A DNA stretch of 64,000 nucleotides. It comes from Dokdonia sp. (lineage in GTDB: Bacteria; Bacteroidota; Bacteroidia; Flavobacteriales; Flavobacteriaceae). The stretch spans positions 20,733 through 84,732 of the forward strand of contig JBLHML010000008.1 in the NCBI GenBank assembly GCA_047622005.1, written 5' to 3'. The position numbers and the translations under genes were made by a program. The first letter of the stretch is position 1. The number at the start of each line of letters is the position of its first letter. This document shows, piece by piece, positions 30,644 through 41,481 of this stretch. A model generated the notes under the pieces. The model had not been told where the DNA came from. It saw only the letters and a program-made list of their open reading frames with translations, and searched no databases.

Positions 30644-31763
30644 CGTTTTTAGTTAATTGGTTATATAAATTCAAAGCCGACTTAAAGCCTTCATCAGTCA
30701 AACTCCAGGTAGACCCTTTTAAAGTCACGTAATTTTTCTCAACTAATTTTTTAAGGGTGCCTCTGGTATACCCTTGAAAACTATTCAAAATTTTAATTTC
30801 ATGTGGATGAGAAATATTAGCATGAGACTCGACAATATCATACATAAAGGCTAATGTTTTATGTAGTTCTAAGTCTCTTCTATTTTTTATAAATCGAATT
30901 TGTTTAAATAATAATCCGCGACTAGGAGAAAATATAAAGGAGATCAACACAAAAACTGCTGCAACCAATACAATAACTGGACCTGTAGATAAATTGTTTT
31001 GACTGGCACTAATTGCAGTTCCAAAAATACCAGAAAACGCTCCAAAAATCGCTGCTAAAAACACCATAGTTGCGAGACTATTTGTCCATTGTCGCGCTGC
31101 TGCTGCAGGCGCTAAAAGCATTGCACTCATTAAGACAACACCTACGGTTTGCAGTCCTAACACAATAGCTAAAACAATAAAACTAGTAATGAGAATATCT
31201 ATAGCTTTAGTATTAAACCCCAAGGTCTTCGCGTACTCTTTATCAAAGAGTAAAATCTTAAACTCTTTCCAAAATAATAACAATACAAGCAGGCAAATCG
31301 CTGTAACAATCGCCATGGTCCAAACATCTCTTTCTACAAGTGTTGCTGCTTGACCAAATAAATATTTATCCAATCCAGCTTGATTAGCATTAGGTTGCTT
31401 TTGTATAAATGTGAGTAAGAGCATTCCGAAGCCAAAAAACAAGGATAGAATTAACCCAAGAGCAGTATCAGATTTAAGATGTGTTTTCGTAATGATACCT
31501 CGAATCCAAAATGTACCAATTAAACCACTCACTAAAGCCCCTAATAATAATGTGTTGCTGTCTTTTGAACCTGTAATTAAAAATGAAATAGCGATTCCTG
31601 GCAGTGCTGCATGCGAAATAGCATCACCTAAAAGACTTTGTTTTCTCAGTACTGCAAAACTTCCTAACATCCCAGTTACAGCACCAAGAATTGCAGTTCC
31701 CAATGTGATGGTTCTTAAGGTGTAGTCTGTGAAGACTAATTCTATGTAATCTTTTAAGTCGAT
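30636..31763 (-). CDS. Mn/Zn/Fe ABC transporter permease (TroC/MntC-like); start uncertain (ATC at 31763 or TTG at 31703)
   Basis: LRKQSLLGDAISHAALPG, YLFGQAA, AARQW; frame extends upstream as IDLKDYIELVFTDYTLRTITLG. Confidence 0.9.
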   Translation of the reverse strand: MDLKDYIELVFTDYTLRTITLGTAILGAVTGMLGSFAVLRKQSLLGDAISHAALPGIAISFLITGSKDSNTLLLGALVSGLIGTFWIRGIITKTHLKSDTALGLILSLFFGFGMLLLTFIQKQPNANQAGLDKYLFGQAATLVERDVWTMAIVTAICLLVLLLFWKEFKILLFDKEYAKTLGFNTKAIDILITSFIVLAIVLGLQTVGVVLMSAMLLAPAAAARQWTNSLATMVFLAAIFGAFSGIFGTAISASQNNLSTGPVIVLVAAVFVLISFIFSPSRGLLFKQIRFIKNRRDLELHKTLAFMYDIVESHANISHPHEIKILNSFQGYTRGTLKKLVEKNYVTLKGSTWSLTDEGFKSALNLYNQLTKNDE

Positions 31764-31781
31764 GTTGTGTTTATTTTAATT

Positions 31782-31807
31782 TGTCGTTCCGCATTTGCTG
31801 CGGAATC
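31782..31807 (+). repeat. Single TGTC-tagged palindromic repeat, third subfamily
   Basis: TGTCGTTCCGCATTTGCTGCGGAATC: TGTC tag followed by TTCCGCA/TGCGGAA stem. Confidence 0.65.
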
Positions 31808-31962
31808 AATTTTTGTCACTTCTTGTATTCGTTTTTAACCCTTCCGTCTTTAAACGCTTTACTGAGTTTAAATTCACCTTTCCTTGAAAAAAGAGAAGGA
31901 ATTTATTCAGTCATTTTTTTATTCATAACCATAGGTCCTGAAAACTGCCTACTGCCTCCTTT

Positions 31963-32700
31963 TTACTCCTGTACGCTCACTTTAAAGTTAATTCCGTAGG
32001 TTTTCGTTAAGTTATCATCATTAAAGATATCCTTAACTGGACCTGTAGCTATCTTTTTGACATTCAAAAAAGTGACCCAATCAAAATATTCAGGAACCGT
32101 TTGTAAATCATGATGCACAACGATCACTGTTTTACCTTCTTTTCGCAATTCTTTTAAAATATTGATAATGGCAATTTCTGTAGTCGCATCAACACCTTGA
32201 AAAGGTTCATCCATAAAATAAATAGAAGCATCTTGAACCAGAGCGCGTGCTAAAAATATACGTTGCTGTTGACCACCAGATAGCTGGCTTATTTGTCGGC
32301 TTTTAAAGGAGAGCATTCCAACTTTCTCAAGCGCTTCTAACGCAGCTTTCTTTTGTTTTTGACGCGGACGTTTAATCCAACCCAAACTTCCATAAGTCCC
32401 CATCGTAACCACATCAAGAGCGGTTGTTGGAAAATCCCAATCTACGCTTCCTTTCTGCGGTACATAAGCAACTAAAGAACGTTGCTTATCGTAAGGCTTC
32501 CCATAAATAGAGACGCTTCCAGCAATGGGTTTTAGAATTCCCAAAATAGATTTAATGAGCGTTGATTTTCCTGCACCATTTGGTCCAACTATAGCCATCA
32601 GTACACCTTCTGGAATTTCTAAATCAATATCCCAAAGTACCGGTTTGTAATTGTAGGCTACGGTTAAATCATCTATTTGTACTGCTATTTTTTTACTCAT
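31963..32700 (-). CDS. Metal ABC transporter ATP-binding protein (TroB/MntB-like)
   Basis: [30 protein letters not shown]. Confidence 0.95.
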   Translation of the reverse strand: MSKKIAVQIDDLTVAYNYKPVLWDIDLEIPEGVLMAIVGPNGAGKSTLIKSILGILKPIAGSVSIYGKPYDKQRSLVAYVPQKGSVDWDFPTTALDVVTMGTYGSLGWIKRPRQKQKKAALEALEKVGMLSFKSRQISQLSGGQQQRIFLARALVQDASIYFMDEPFQGVDATTEIAIINILKELRKEGKTVIVVHHDLQTVPEYFDWVTFLNVKKIATGPVKDIFNDDNLTKTYGINFKVSVQE

Positions 32701-33608
32701 TATTTCAAAGCATTTACAATTGTATTTACATTGTATTCAAACATGCCAATATAAGTTCCTTCTACTGTTCCTGCATTTCCTAAAGCATCGGAATATAATG
32801 TACCTCCAATTTCAACGTCATGTCCTTTAGATTTCACTGCTGCTTGTAAGGCTTCAATGGTTCTCTTCGGAACTGAACTCTCTACAAAAATAGCTTTGAT
32901 ATCTTTTTCTATAATAAATGCTGAAAGTTTCTGAACATCTTGAACTCCAGCTTCTGTAGCGGTAGATAACCCTTGCAAGCCAACGACTTCAAAGTCGTAT
33001 GCTTTTCCGAAGTAATTAAAAGCATCATGAGCTGTCACTAATATTCTTTTTCCCTTCGGAAGTGTCTCAATAGTGGCCTTTATTTTAGATTGAAGCGCAT
33101 CTAATTTACTCAAATAAGCGTCTGCATTTAATTTATAATTTTCGGCATTCTCTGGATCTTTTTCTGAAAGTACTTGAGTAACTTTCGAAGCAAATTGCTT
33201 AAAATAATTGATATCAAACCACACATGCGGATCGTAATTGGATGCAAAATAATCGGAGCCAATCAACGTGCTTTTATCCAGTTCCTCACCCAAAGCAATT
33301 GGTGTTTTAGTAGCGTTTCCCATTTTCTCAAAAACCTCAACCAATTTCCCTTCAAGATGCAAACCGCTGTAAAAAATCACATTGGCTTCTACTAATTTAG
33401 TCACATCTCCCTCGCTAGCTTTGTATAGGTGAGGATCTACTCCACTTCCCATTAAGCCCTGAAGATTCACGTAATCTCCACCTATATTTTTTACTAAATC
33501 AGTAATCATAGAGGTTGTGGTGACGATATTTAATTTTCCGTTGGATTTCGTTTCGTTTTTACAACTGAAACATATAGTGATTACTAATAGAATTATTAGT
33601 TTTTTCAT
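32700..33608 (-). CDS. Metal ABC transporter substrate-binding lipoprotein (TroA/MntA-like)
   Basis: Lipobox FSC, DPHLY, DPHVW, TAHDAF.YF, LYSD. Confidence 0.95.
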   Translation of the reverse strand: MKKLIILLVITICFSCKNETKSNGKLNIVTTTSMITDLVKNIGGDYVNLQGLMGSGVDPHLYKASEGDVTKLVEANVIFYSGLHLEGKLVEVFEKMGNATKTPIALGEELDKSTLIGSDYFASNYDPHVWFDINYFKQFASKVTQVLSEKDPENAENYKLNADAYLSKLDALQSKIKATIETLPKGKRILVTAHDAFNYFGKAYDFEVVGLQGLSTATEAGVQDVQKLSAFIIEKDIKAIFVESSVPKRTIEALQAAVKSKGHDVEIGGTLYSDALGNAGTVEGTYIGMFEYNVNTIVNALK

Positions 33609-33649
33609 TACTCTAAATTTTAATTGCGAAGATACTAAAAATTAGCAAG

Positions 33650-35902
33650 TTAATTCAAGGTATAGCGCAATCCAAAAAAGGCTCTAACCCCTTGATTTGG
33701 TCCATAAACGTATGATGGATCGAAGGTTAATGCATATGGATTATTTGCTGTAGCTAGCACATTTCCGTCGGAATCAAAATCAACATTCTCATCAAAAGGA
33801 TCATCTGCTCTAGCAATTATAAAAGGATTCCCTCTATTTGGTGTCCAGTTTAAAAGGTTTTTGACACCTCCATAAATTTCAAAATCATCAAATCCGTCGT
33901 ACGTAAATTGGATGTTTTGAATACTCCACGTTGGAGAAAACTCTCGTCTAGGATCTAAATCACCTAAAGTTGGTAGTCGCATTGGGCCATAGAGATTACC
34001 TGTATAATCTACTGTAATGTTTGTTGGATAATGCTTATAGGAAAGCGACCAAGTCCCAGTAAAACGTTCAGTTAAAATTTGACGTGTGCGCACTCTGTTT
34101 TCAGTCTGGGCTACATCTTGAAATGTTGTACCAATACTGCCTCTTATTCCGCTTCCTAATACTGCATCAAGATTTAAACTGAAGCCTTTTGATGTAGAAT
34201 ATCCATCTAAATTATCATATATAATTTGATTAGGGTTGGTATCATAATCTGCAATAATGGCATTCGTAAAATGAGTGTACCAAGCAGACGCGTCAAAGGT
34301 GAAAATCATTCCTTTTTTAGTGTACCATTTTTTGAGGTAATTGACGTTAATATTATAGGATTTTTCTGGGTTTAATTCCTCTTCAATAATCACATCTCTT
34401 GCGCCTGTAAGTGCTGCGTGCTCCTCTGTAAATAAATTGACAACTCTAAACCCTGTACCAGCATTAACTCTAATAATATCATTTGCTGTTGGTTTATATT
34501 TGTAAGCAATACGAGGCGTTACGATAGAGCCATGTCGATCATCATAATCATAACGCAAGCCTAATAAAAGATTCTGCTTTTCAGTGAGTTTAATTTCATC
34601 TTGTACAAATAAGGATGGGATGGTTACCTCATCTGGATTTAGTGTTGCGGTTGTATTATCATTATAAAAATTGTAACGCACAGCAGCACCAAATAAAAGA
34701 TCATGGTTTTCTAAGGGTTTATCCCAGACAAATTGCCCGAAACCAATACGTTGTTGTGCCAAATAAGGAATATTACCATAAACCGAATTTTGATCATGAT
34801 CAGAATATGAAAACTGAAAATCTACCTTTTCATCAATTGGAAGTTCATATTTCCCTAAAAATTCAAAACGTGATGTGTATATACTTTCTCCATAAACCTC
34901 ATCACCTCCTCTAAAACTTTTGTTCCACTGCATCTCTCCTCCCCAACGGTCCTCGTAAAAATACCGTACAGCAAGAGAAAATGCTTTATTATCTTCTCTT
35001 CTAAAATCCCATTTATTAAAAACTGAGATGCGGTCTTGTAGTGTTAAATCGGTAAAATTATCATTGTTATTATCAATTTTGTTCTTGTAAGTAAAGTAAT
35101 TAGTACCAAATAGCATAGTTGCTTTCTCCCCTACTTTAGTTTTAAAACCTGCATCCACATTGACTTCTCCCCAACCAGTTACAAAACTATCTGCAAAAAC
35201 AATAGGTGCATTTTCTGGTAATTTGGTGATGATATTGATTAACCCACCAACAGCTTCACTTCCGTAGAGAGAAGATGCTGGACCTTTTACGATTTCTACT
35301 TGTTCAATCAATGAGTTTGGAATACCAGACAAGCCATAAACCGTTGACAATCCACTAACAATTGGCATGCCATCAATAAGCACTAAGGTATAAGGACCTT
35401 CTAAACCATTAATATGAATATCTCCAGTATTACACACATTACAATTTAGCTGTGGTCGCACTCCGTTTACATTTTGAAGTGCCTCAAAAATATTAGCTGT
35501 TGGATTCTTCCTAAAAAATGCTGGCGAATAGACTTCTACCGGCACAGCGCTTTCTAATCGACTCACTGGTTTAAGTGTTCCGGTGACTACTATTTCATCT
35601 AACGACTCATCATAATCCATATTAAAGGTTAAGTTTTTTATGTCTTCGGAAATATCAACTGATTGCTTAATCGTCTTATAACCAACAAACGATGCTATAA
35701 TTACTTGGCTACCACCTTCCACATTCGGTAACACAAAATAACCATCATCATCTGTGGCTGTTCCATTACTAGACCCTTTTACATAAACACTTACGTAGGG
35801 TAGACCTTCATTTTCTGACGTTACACGTCCTTTAACCTCAAAAGAATTTTGTCCTTGAACGAACAAACCAAAACAAAATATTAAAGTACTAATTAGTTTC
35901 AT
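33650..35902 (-). CDS. TonB-dependent receptor, probably for metal uptake
   Basis: CarboxypepD-like N-terminus, EIVVTGT, plug with CNVCNTGD, GPASSLYGSEAVGG, C-terminal GLRY; start moved to ATG 35902 (MKLIS). Confidence 0.93.
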   Translation of the reverse strand: MKLISTLIFCFGLFVQGQNSFEVKGRVTSENEGLPYVSVYVKGSSNGTATDDDGYFVLPNVEGGSQVIIASFVGYKTIKQSVDISEDIKNLTFNMDYDESLDEIVVTGTLKPVSRLESAVPVEVYSPAFFRKNPTANIFEALQNVNGVRPQLNCNVCNTGDIHINGLEGPYTLVLIDGMPIVSGLSTVYGLSGIPNSLIEQVEIVKGPASSLYGSEAVGGLINIITKLPENAPIVFADSFVTGWGEVNVDAGFKTKVGEKATMLFGTNYFTYKNKIDNNNDNFTDLTLQDRISVFNKWDFRREDNKAFSLAVRYFYEDRWGGEMQWNKSFRGGDEVYGESIYTSRFEFLGKYELPIDEKVDFQFSYSDHDQNSVYGNIPYLAQQRIGFGQFVWDKPLENHDLLFGAAVRYNFYNDNTTATLNPDEVTIPSLFVQDEIKLTEKQNLLLGLRYDYDDRHGSIVTPRIAYKYKPTANDIIRVNAGTGFRVVNLFTEEHAALTGARDVIIEEELNPEKSYNINVNYLKKWYTKKGMIFTFDASAWYTHFTNAIIADYDTNPNQIIYDNLDGYSTSKGFSLNLDAVLGSGIRGSIGTTFQDVAQTENRVRTRQILTERFTGTWSLSYKHYPTNITVDYTGNLYGPMRLPTLGDLDPRREFSPTWSIQNIQFTYDGFDDFEIYGGVKNLLNWTPNRGNPFIIARADDPFDENVDFDSDGNVLATANNPYALTFDPSYVYGPNQGVRAFFGLRYTLN

Positions 35903-35926
35903 CCTAACTATATTTTTTGCAAATAT

Positions 35927-35960
35927 AAATAAATTTTTAGACAAGACTAAAAATTTATTT
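35927..35960. promoter_or_regulatory. Palindromic operator, probable MntR/DtxR-family binding site
   Basis: AAATAAATTTTTAG-ACAAGA-CTAAAAATTTATTT, perfect 14-bp arms, between divergent TAnnTTTG promoters of the transporter operon and the regulator. Confidence 0.8.
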
Positions 35961-36001
35961 AAAATTTTAATATGTGTATATTTGTCAGATATATTTAATC
36001 C

Positions 36002-36658
36002 ATGATTACATTAACAGAAGAAAACTATATTAAAGCCATTTATCATTTAGGTAAACATGGTGAATACATGGTGAATACAAATGCCATTGCAGAATCTTTA
36101 GAAACTAAAGCCTCTTCTGTGACCGATATGGTAAAAAAATTAGCAGATAAAGAATATCTTCACTACAAGAAGTACCAAGGTGTTATTTTAACTGAAAAAG
36201 GAAATCAAGTTGCCATTAATATCATAAGAAAACACAGACTTTGGGAAGTGTTTTTAGTTGAGAAACTAAATTTTACATGGGATGAAGTCCACGATGTCGC
36301 AGAACATTTAGAACACATCAAATCTGAAAAACTCATTAATGAGCTAGATGCGCTATTGGAGTTTCCTACGCATGATCCTCATGGTGATCCTATTCCTGAT
36401 AAAAACGGAAAATTTAATAAAATTGAAAAGATAGCTTTATCGCAAGCTTCAGTTGGTCCAACCTACAAATGTATTGGTGTTCAAGACTCTTCTACTAATT
36501 TTCTTCAATATTTAGATAGTAATAATATTGGTTTAGGAACCACTATTGAGTTGTTACACAAAGAACCATTTGACAACTCTGTAAAAATAAAGCTAAATAC
36601 TACGGAAATGGTTGTATCACAAAATGTGGCCAAAAACTTGTACTTAAAAGTTTTATAA
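36002..36658 (+). CDS. mntR: DtxR/MntR-family metal-dependent regulator with FeoA-like C-terminus
   Basis: EENYIKAIY, SVTDM.KKL, RKHRLWE.FL, EHLEH, DPHGDPIP. Confidence 0.9.
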   Translation: MITLTEENYIKAIYHLGKHGEYMVNTNAIAESLETKASSVTDMVKKLADKEYLHYKKYQGVILTEKGNQVAINIIRKHRLWEVFLVEKLNFTWDEVHDVAEHLEHIKSEKLINELDALLEFPTHDPHGDPIPDKNGKFNKIEKIALSQASVGPTYKCIGVQDSSTNFLQYLDSNNIGLGTTIELLHKEPFDNSVKIKLNTTEMVVSQNVAKNLYLKVL

Positions 36659-36733
36659 GGCTCATTAAGACTTAACATTAGGACAACTTTCTTATAATTC
36701 CTAACTTAACGCATCTTTAAAATTCTTGAATCT

Positions 36734-38761
36734 ATGTTTCGCTTTTCTTTCTTTCTATTAGTTCTATTTAGTTCTCAAGTCGGTATTTCACAATCTGAAA
36801 AAACAGCACTTCAACCTTTAGATATTTTTGAACTCGAATGGGCTGCAGATCCACAAATTTCTCCAGATGGTTCTCAAATAATTTATAGAAGAAATGGCTT
36901 CGATATTATGAAAGATAACTCTAGAGGGAATCTTTGGATTATTAATATTGATGGTTCTTCCCACCGAAAGTTAACATCAAGAGAGGTCAATGAATCACAA
37001 GCTAAATGGTCACCAACAGGAGACCGAATAGCCTTTACAAGTGCAACCGATGAAGGCTCCGAATTATATATGTATTGGACAAGTACAGGTCAAATTGCTA
37101 AACTATCTCAACTTACAAAATCACCAGGAAATCTTACTTGGTCACCTGATGGAAAGCATATGGCCTTCACGATGTTTATCTCACAAAAACCTCCTGTAGT
37201 TGCAAAAATGCCTGCAAAACCAAAAGGCGCAGATTGGGCAACACCAGCAAGAATTACAGATCGTTTAAAACATGAAAGAGACGGAAGCGGTTATATGGAA
37301 CCTGGATTCACTCATGTTTTCACAATTCCTGCGGAAGGTGGTTCAGCACGTCAAATTACGACTGATGATTTTAACCATAACAGTAGCTTATCGTTTTCAC
37401 CTGATGGCAAACACCTTTATTTTTCAGCAAATAGAGTTGACGATTGGGAATATAGATTTAGAAATAGTGAAATTTACAACGTCAATATTGATACTAAAAA
37501 GATCACAACCCTAACCTCTCAAGATGGGCCAGACTATGGTGCTCAAGTATCTCCAGATGGAAAAACTATAGCCTTTTTAGGGTTTTTAGATCAGGTTCAA
37601 ACCTATCAAAACACAGTGTTACATTTAATGAATGCTGATGGTAGTCATCGGAAAATCATATCTTCAAATTTAGATCGCAGTGTTTCTAATATATCTTGGG
37701 ACAGCTCAGGCAAAGGCTTATATTTTACCTATGATGACAAAGGGAATTCTAAGATCGCATATATCACAACCTCTGGAAAAATTACAAAACTTGTCGATAA
37801 TTTAGGAGGCACAACATTAGGGAGACCTTATGCTTCTGGATCATATTCTGTATCCAATAATGGTACGATTGTTTTTACCCAAACACGACCAGAATACCCT
37901 GCAGATTTAGCGGTTATTCAAAATAAAAAAGCAGCTCAACTTATTACACGTTTAAACTCAGATGTGTTAGATCATCGCGAATTAGGTGAAACCGAAGAAG
38001 TATGGTATAAATCATCTTTTGATGGACGCGATATACAAGGCTGGATTGTTAAACCACCGTTTTACGACCCTTCTAAAACCTATCCGTTACTAGTAGAAAA
38101 TCATGGTGGCCCTATTTTAAATTATGGTGATCGTTTTACTGCAGAAATTCAACTATATGCAGCAGATGGTTATGTGGTATTTTACCCAAACCCAAGAGGC
38201 AGCACAAGTTATGGTGAAGAATTTGGAAACCTATTATACAATAATTACCCAGGTCAAGATTATAATGATGTGATGGATGGTGTTGATTATTTAGTGAATA
38301 AAGGCATTGTCGATAACGATAAATTATTCGTCACTGGCGGAAGTGCTGGAGGGATTATGACCGCTTGGATTATTGGCAAAAACAATCGTTTTAAAGCTGC
38401 AGTAGTTGCAAAACCAGTCATGAACTGGATTAGTAAAACTCTTGTAGCCGATAACTACTTTGGTTATGCAAATTCTCGGTATCCAGGACAGCCATGGGAG
38501 AATTTTGAAACCTACTGGAAGTTCTCTCCTATTTCATTAGTTGGCAATATTGAAACGCCAACAATGGTTATGGTTGGTCTTAACGATTTGCGAACACCTC
38601 CTAGTGAAGCCAAACAATTATATCATGCCTTAAAACTGCGTAAAATTGAAACTGTTTTGGTAGAAATTCCTGATGCGTCACATGGTATTGCCCGCAAACC
38701 AAGTAATTTAATTAGTAAGGTTGCACATACCTTGGCATGGTTTAGGAAGTATAATGAATAA
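36734..38761 (+). CDS. S9 family peptidase (acylaminoacyl/dipeptidyl peptidase) with PD40 propeller
   Basis: SPDG repeats, HGGP, NPRGSTSYG, GGSAGG, DLRTP, SHG. Confidence 0.93.
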   Translation: MFRFSFFLLVLFSSQVGISQSEKTALQPLDIFELEWAADPQISPDGSQIIYRRNGFDIMKDNSRGNLWIINIDGSSHRKLTSREVNESQAKWSPTGDRIAFTSATDEGSELYMYWTSTGQIAKLSQLTKSPGNLTWSPDGKHMAFTMFISQKPPVVAKMPAKPKGADWATPARITDRLKHERDGSGYMEPGFTHVFTIPAEGGSARQITTDDFNHNSSLSFSPDGKHLYFSANRVDDWEYRFRNSEIYNVNIDTKKITTLTSQDGPDYGAQVSPDGKTIAFLGFLDQVQTYQNTVLHLMNADGSHRKIISSNLDRSVSNISWDSSGKGLYFTYDDKGNSKIAYITTSGKITKLVDNLGGTTLGRPYASGSYSVSNNGTIVFTQTRPEYPADLAVIQNKKAAQLITRLNSDVLDHRELGETEEVWYKSSFDGRDIQGWIVKPPFYDPSKTYPLLVENHGGPILNYGDRFTAEIQLYAADGYVVFYPNPRGSTSYGEEFGNLLYNNYPGQDYNDVMDGVDYLVNKGIVDNDKLFVTGGSAGGIMTAWIIGKNNRFKAAVVAKPVMNWISKTLVADNYFGYANSRYPGQPWENFETYWKFSPISLVGNIETPTMVMVGLNDLRTPPSEAKQLYHALKLRKIETVLVEIPDASHGIARKPSNLISKVAHTLAWFRKYNE

Positions 38762-38770
38762 ACCCGATGT

Positions 38771-39214
38771 ATGAAATTTAAATTTCTAATTATCTCTTAT
38801 TTTACTTTAGGATATTGTTTTGCTCAAAAAACAATAAAACCACTTGGCTTTACTGAGGATTCTATATCTATTAATACCAACATTAAACTTCATGATGCAG
38901 TGTCATTCAAAAATGTGGTCATTACTTTTGAAGAAGTGCTTATAGATTCCCGTTGTCCAAAAGAAGCCAACTGCGTAAGAGCAGGTGAAGCTAAAATCTT
39001 ATTATCAATATTTGAAGATGGTGTCTTTCTTAAAAAGAAAGAAGTCACTATTGATGCTGAAGGTTATGTTTTTAAAAACACAAATATGTTTTATAAAATG
39101 AAAAACTATGAAATATACGCGACAGAATTGTATCCATACCCACAAGCTAAAGAGAAAACTAAAGAAGAGTCCTATAATGCTAATTTTTTCGTGATGCGAA
39201 ATTATCGTCAATGA
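38771..39214 (+). CDS. Exported hypothetical protein
   Basis: Signal peptide; DSRCP....CVRAGEA and LYPYP motifs. Confidence 0.7.
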   Translation: MKFKFLIISYFTLGYCFAQKTIKPLGFTEDSISINTNIKLHDAVSFKNVVITFEEVLIDSRCPKEANCVRAGEAKILLSIFEDGVFLKKKEVTIDAEGYVFKNTNMFYKMKNYEIYATELYPYPQAKEKTKEESYNANFFVMRNYRQ

Positions 39215-39351
39215 CAACCACAATCATCTTCACCACAAGCTTTAGAAGATGCTGTTTTTTTCTTCGGAAGTACGCCAAACTTATTCAATAAAAACCATAC
39301 CGCTAAAGCGAGCGCTAGAAAAACTAATAAGCCTTGAACTATGGTATTCAT
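39208..39351 (-). CDS. FeoB-associated Cys-rich small membrane protein
   Basis: MNTIVQGLLVFLALALAVWFLLNKFGVLPKKKTASSKACGEDDCGCH*, directly downstream of feoB. Confidence 0.85.
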   Translation of the reverse strand: MNTIVQGLLVFLALALAVWFLLNKFGVLPKKKTASSKACGEDDCGCH

Positions 39352-39381
39352 AATTTATTTGTCGTTTAAATAGTGTTAAGC

Positions 39382-41481
39382 TTACTTTAAAAATTGATAA
39401 GCTATCAAGGCTACAACATAAGCAAATGCACTCATAATAACCAATTGTAGCATTGGCCACTTCCATGTATTCGTTTCTCGCTTTACAATTGCTAATGTAC
39501 TCATACATTGCATGGCAAATGCATAGAATAGTAGCAGAGAAATACCTGAAGCAAGGGTAAATAATTTACCACCTGTTGTTCTGTTTGTATCTTTAGCCAT
39601 TCTATTCGTAATGGTGTCTACATCATCATTTTCCACACTATATATAGTTGCTAATGTTCCAACAAAGACTTCACGCGCTGCGAATGAACTTACAATTGCA
39701 ATTCCTATTTTCCAATCATACCCTAATGGTCTAATCGCAGGCTCAATAGCTTGTCCTGCAATACCAATAAAGGAATGTTCGAGCTTATGAGAGGATATTT
39801 TTTGTTGCAATTCTTCCGAAGATAAATTTTCCGAAGCAAACTCAGTAGTTACAATGTCTTCCGCATTATTGAAACTATCTCCAGGACCATAAGATGCTAG
39901 AAACCAAAGGACGATTGATATTGCCAAAATGATTTTTCCTGCTCCAAACACGAATGACTTTGTCTTCTCTAAAACCGTTAAGGCTACATTTTTAAATAAA
40001 GGCAACTTATAATTTGGCATTTCTACCACAAAAAAGGTCTTGCTCTTCATTTTAAGAATCTTATTTAAGATCCAAGCAGAAACGATTGCTGTACCAAAAC
40101 CAATAAGATAGAGTAACATTAATGTCAATGGTTGGTACCCTAAGCCTAAAAAACGACCCTCAGGAATAACAAGTTCAATAATTATTAAATAGACTGGTAA
40201 ACGTGCTGAACAGGTTGTAAATGGTGTCACTAGAATAGTAATCAACCGTTCTTTCCAACTTTCAATATTTCGCGTTGCCATAATCGCAGGAATAGCACAT
40301 GCTGTTCCTGATATTAATGGAACGACACTTTTCCCGCTCAAACCAAAACGCCTCATAATACGATCCATCAAAAAGACAACCCGACTCATATAACCACTCT
40401 CTTCGAGGATGGCGATGAACAAAAATAGAAATGCTATCTGCGGAATAAATATCACTATTCCACCTAGTCCAGGAATGATGCCTTCGGTAACTAAGTTTGT
40501 AAATACGCCTTCTGGCATAATGTTTTTAGTCCACTCACTTAAAGAAGCGAATGCACCATCGATAAGTTCCATAGGCACTTGAGCCCACTCATATATGGCT
40601 TGAAAAATCGTCAATAGAATGACAAAAAAGATGAGATATCCCCATACTTTATGCGTAAGAACCCTATCCAGTTTAATTCTAAGATCTTTCGCAGTTTTAA
40701 GATCAATCGTCTGACCCTTTTTAAGCGTATTATTAATAAATTGATAGCGTTTTATGGTCTCCTTTTGCTGTAAACGCTTAAGATCTGCTTTCCCTTTCGT
40801 TTTAAAACTATTGATAGCATCAATTTCGTTTCTATTAACATTTCCGAAGTTAACATCCTGAGTAATGACCAACCACAATTTATATAACAACTGTTTTGGG
40901 AAGGCTTGTCGCAGTTTACTGAAATACTCTGTATCAATTTCTGAAGCACTTAAACAAGGTGTAATCGACAGCTCTTTAAAATTAGTAATAAGCTCTTTAA
41001 GTTGATCTATCCCTTTATTTTTTCTCGTACTTACAAGTGCAATTTTGGTTTTCAATTCTTGTTCTAAATAAGGAATATCTAGCTGAATACCTTTATAAGT
41101 CATCCTATCTGACATGTTGATAACCAAAATTGTAGGAATCTCTAAATCTTTAATCTGAGTATATAGAAGTAAGTTTCGTTTTAAATTCTCAACATCACTA
41201 ACAACGACTGCAACATCAGGAAAGTCCTTATCATTCTTATTAAGAAGCAACTCAATCACCACATTTTCATCCAGGGAAGAGGCATTCAAACTATAAGTTC
41301 CTGGTAAATCAATAATATGTGCTTTAACTCCTCTTGGCAGTTTACATATCCCTTCTTTTTTCTCTACCGTAATCCCAGGATAATTACCCACTTTTTGATT
41401 TAAGCCTGTCAACGCATTAAAAACGGACGTTTTTCCTGTGTTTGGATTTCCAATAAGCGCAACATTAATTTGTTTAGGCAT
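39382..41481 (-). CDS. feoB: Ferrous iron transporter B
   Basis: GNPNTGKTS, VGNYPGITVE, DLPGTYS, LEESGYM.R, CSARLPVY, FAAREVFV. Confidence 0.97.
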   Translation of the reverse strand: MPKQINVALIGNPNTGKTSVFNALTGLNQKVGNYPGITVEKKEGICKLPRGVKAHIIDLPGTYSLNASSLDENVVIELLLNKNDKDFPDVAVVVSDVENLKRNLLLYTQIKDLEIPTILVINMSDRMTYKGIQLDIPYLEQELKTKIALVSTRKNKGIDQLKELITNFKELSITPCLSASEIDTEYFSKLRQAFPKQLLYKLWLVITQDVNFGNVNRNEIDAINSFKTKGKADLKRLQQKETIKRYQFINNTLKKGQTIDLKTAKDLRIKLDRVLTHKVWGYLIFFVILLTIFQAIYEWAQVPMELIDGAFASLSEWTKNIMPEGVFTNLVTEGIIPGLGGIVIFIPQIAFLFLFIAILEESGYMSRVVFLMDRIMRRFGLSGKSVVPLISGTACAIPAIMATRNIESWKERLITILVTPFTTCSARLPVYLIIIELVIPEGRFLGLGYQPLTLMLLYLIGFGTAIVSAWILNKILKMKSKTFFVVEMPNYKLPLFKNVALTVLEKTKSFVFGAGKIILAISIVLWFLASYGPGDSFNNAEDIVTTEFASENLSSEELQQKISSHKLEHSFIGIAGQAIEPAIRPLGYDWKIGIAIVSSFAAREVFVGTLATIYSVENDDVDTITNRMAKDTNRTTGGKLFTLASGISLLLFYAFAMQCMSTLAIVKRETNTWKWPMLQLVIMSAFAYVVALIAYQFLK

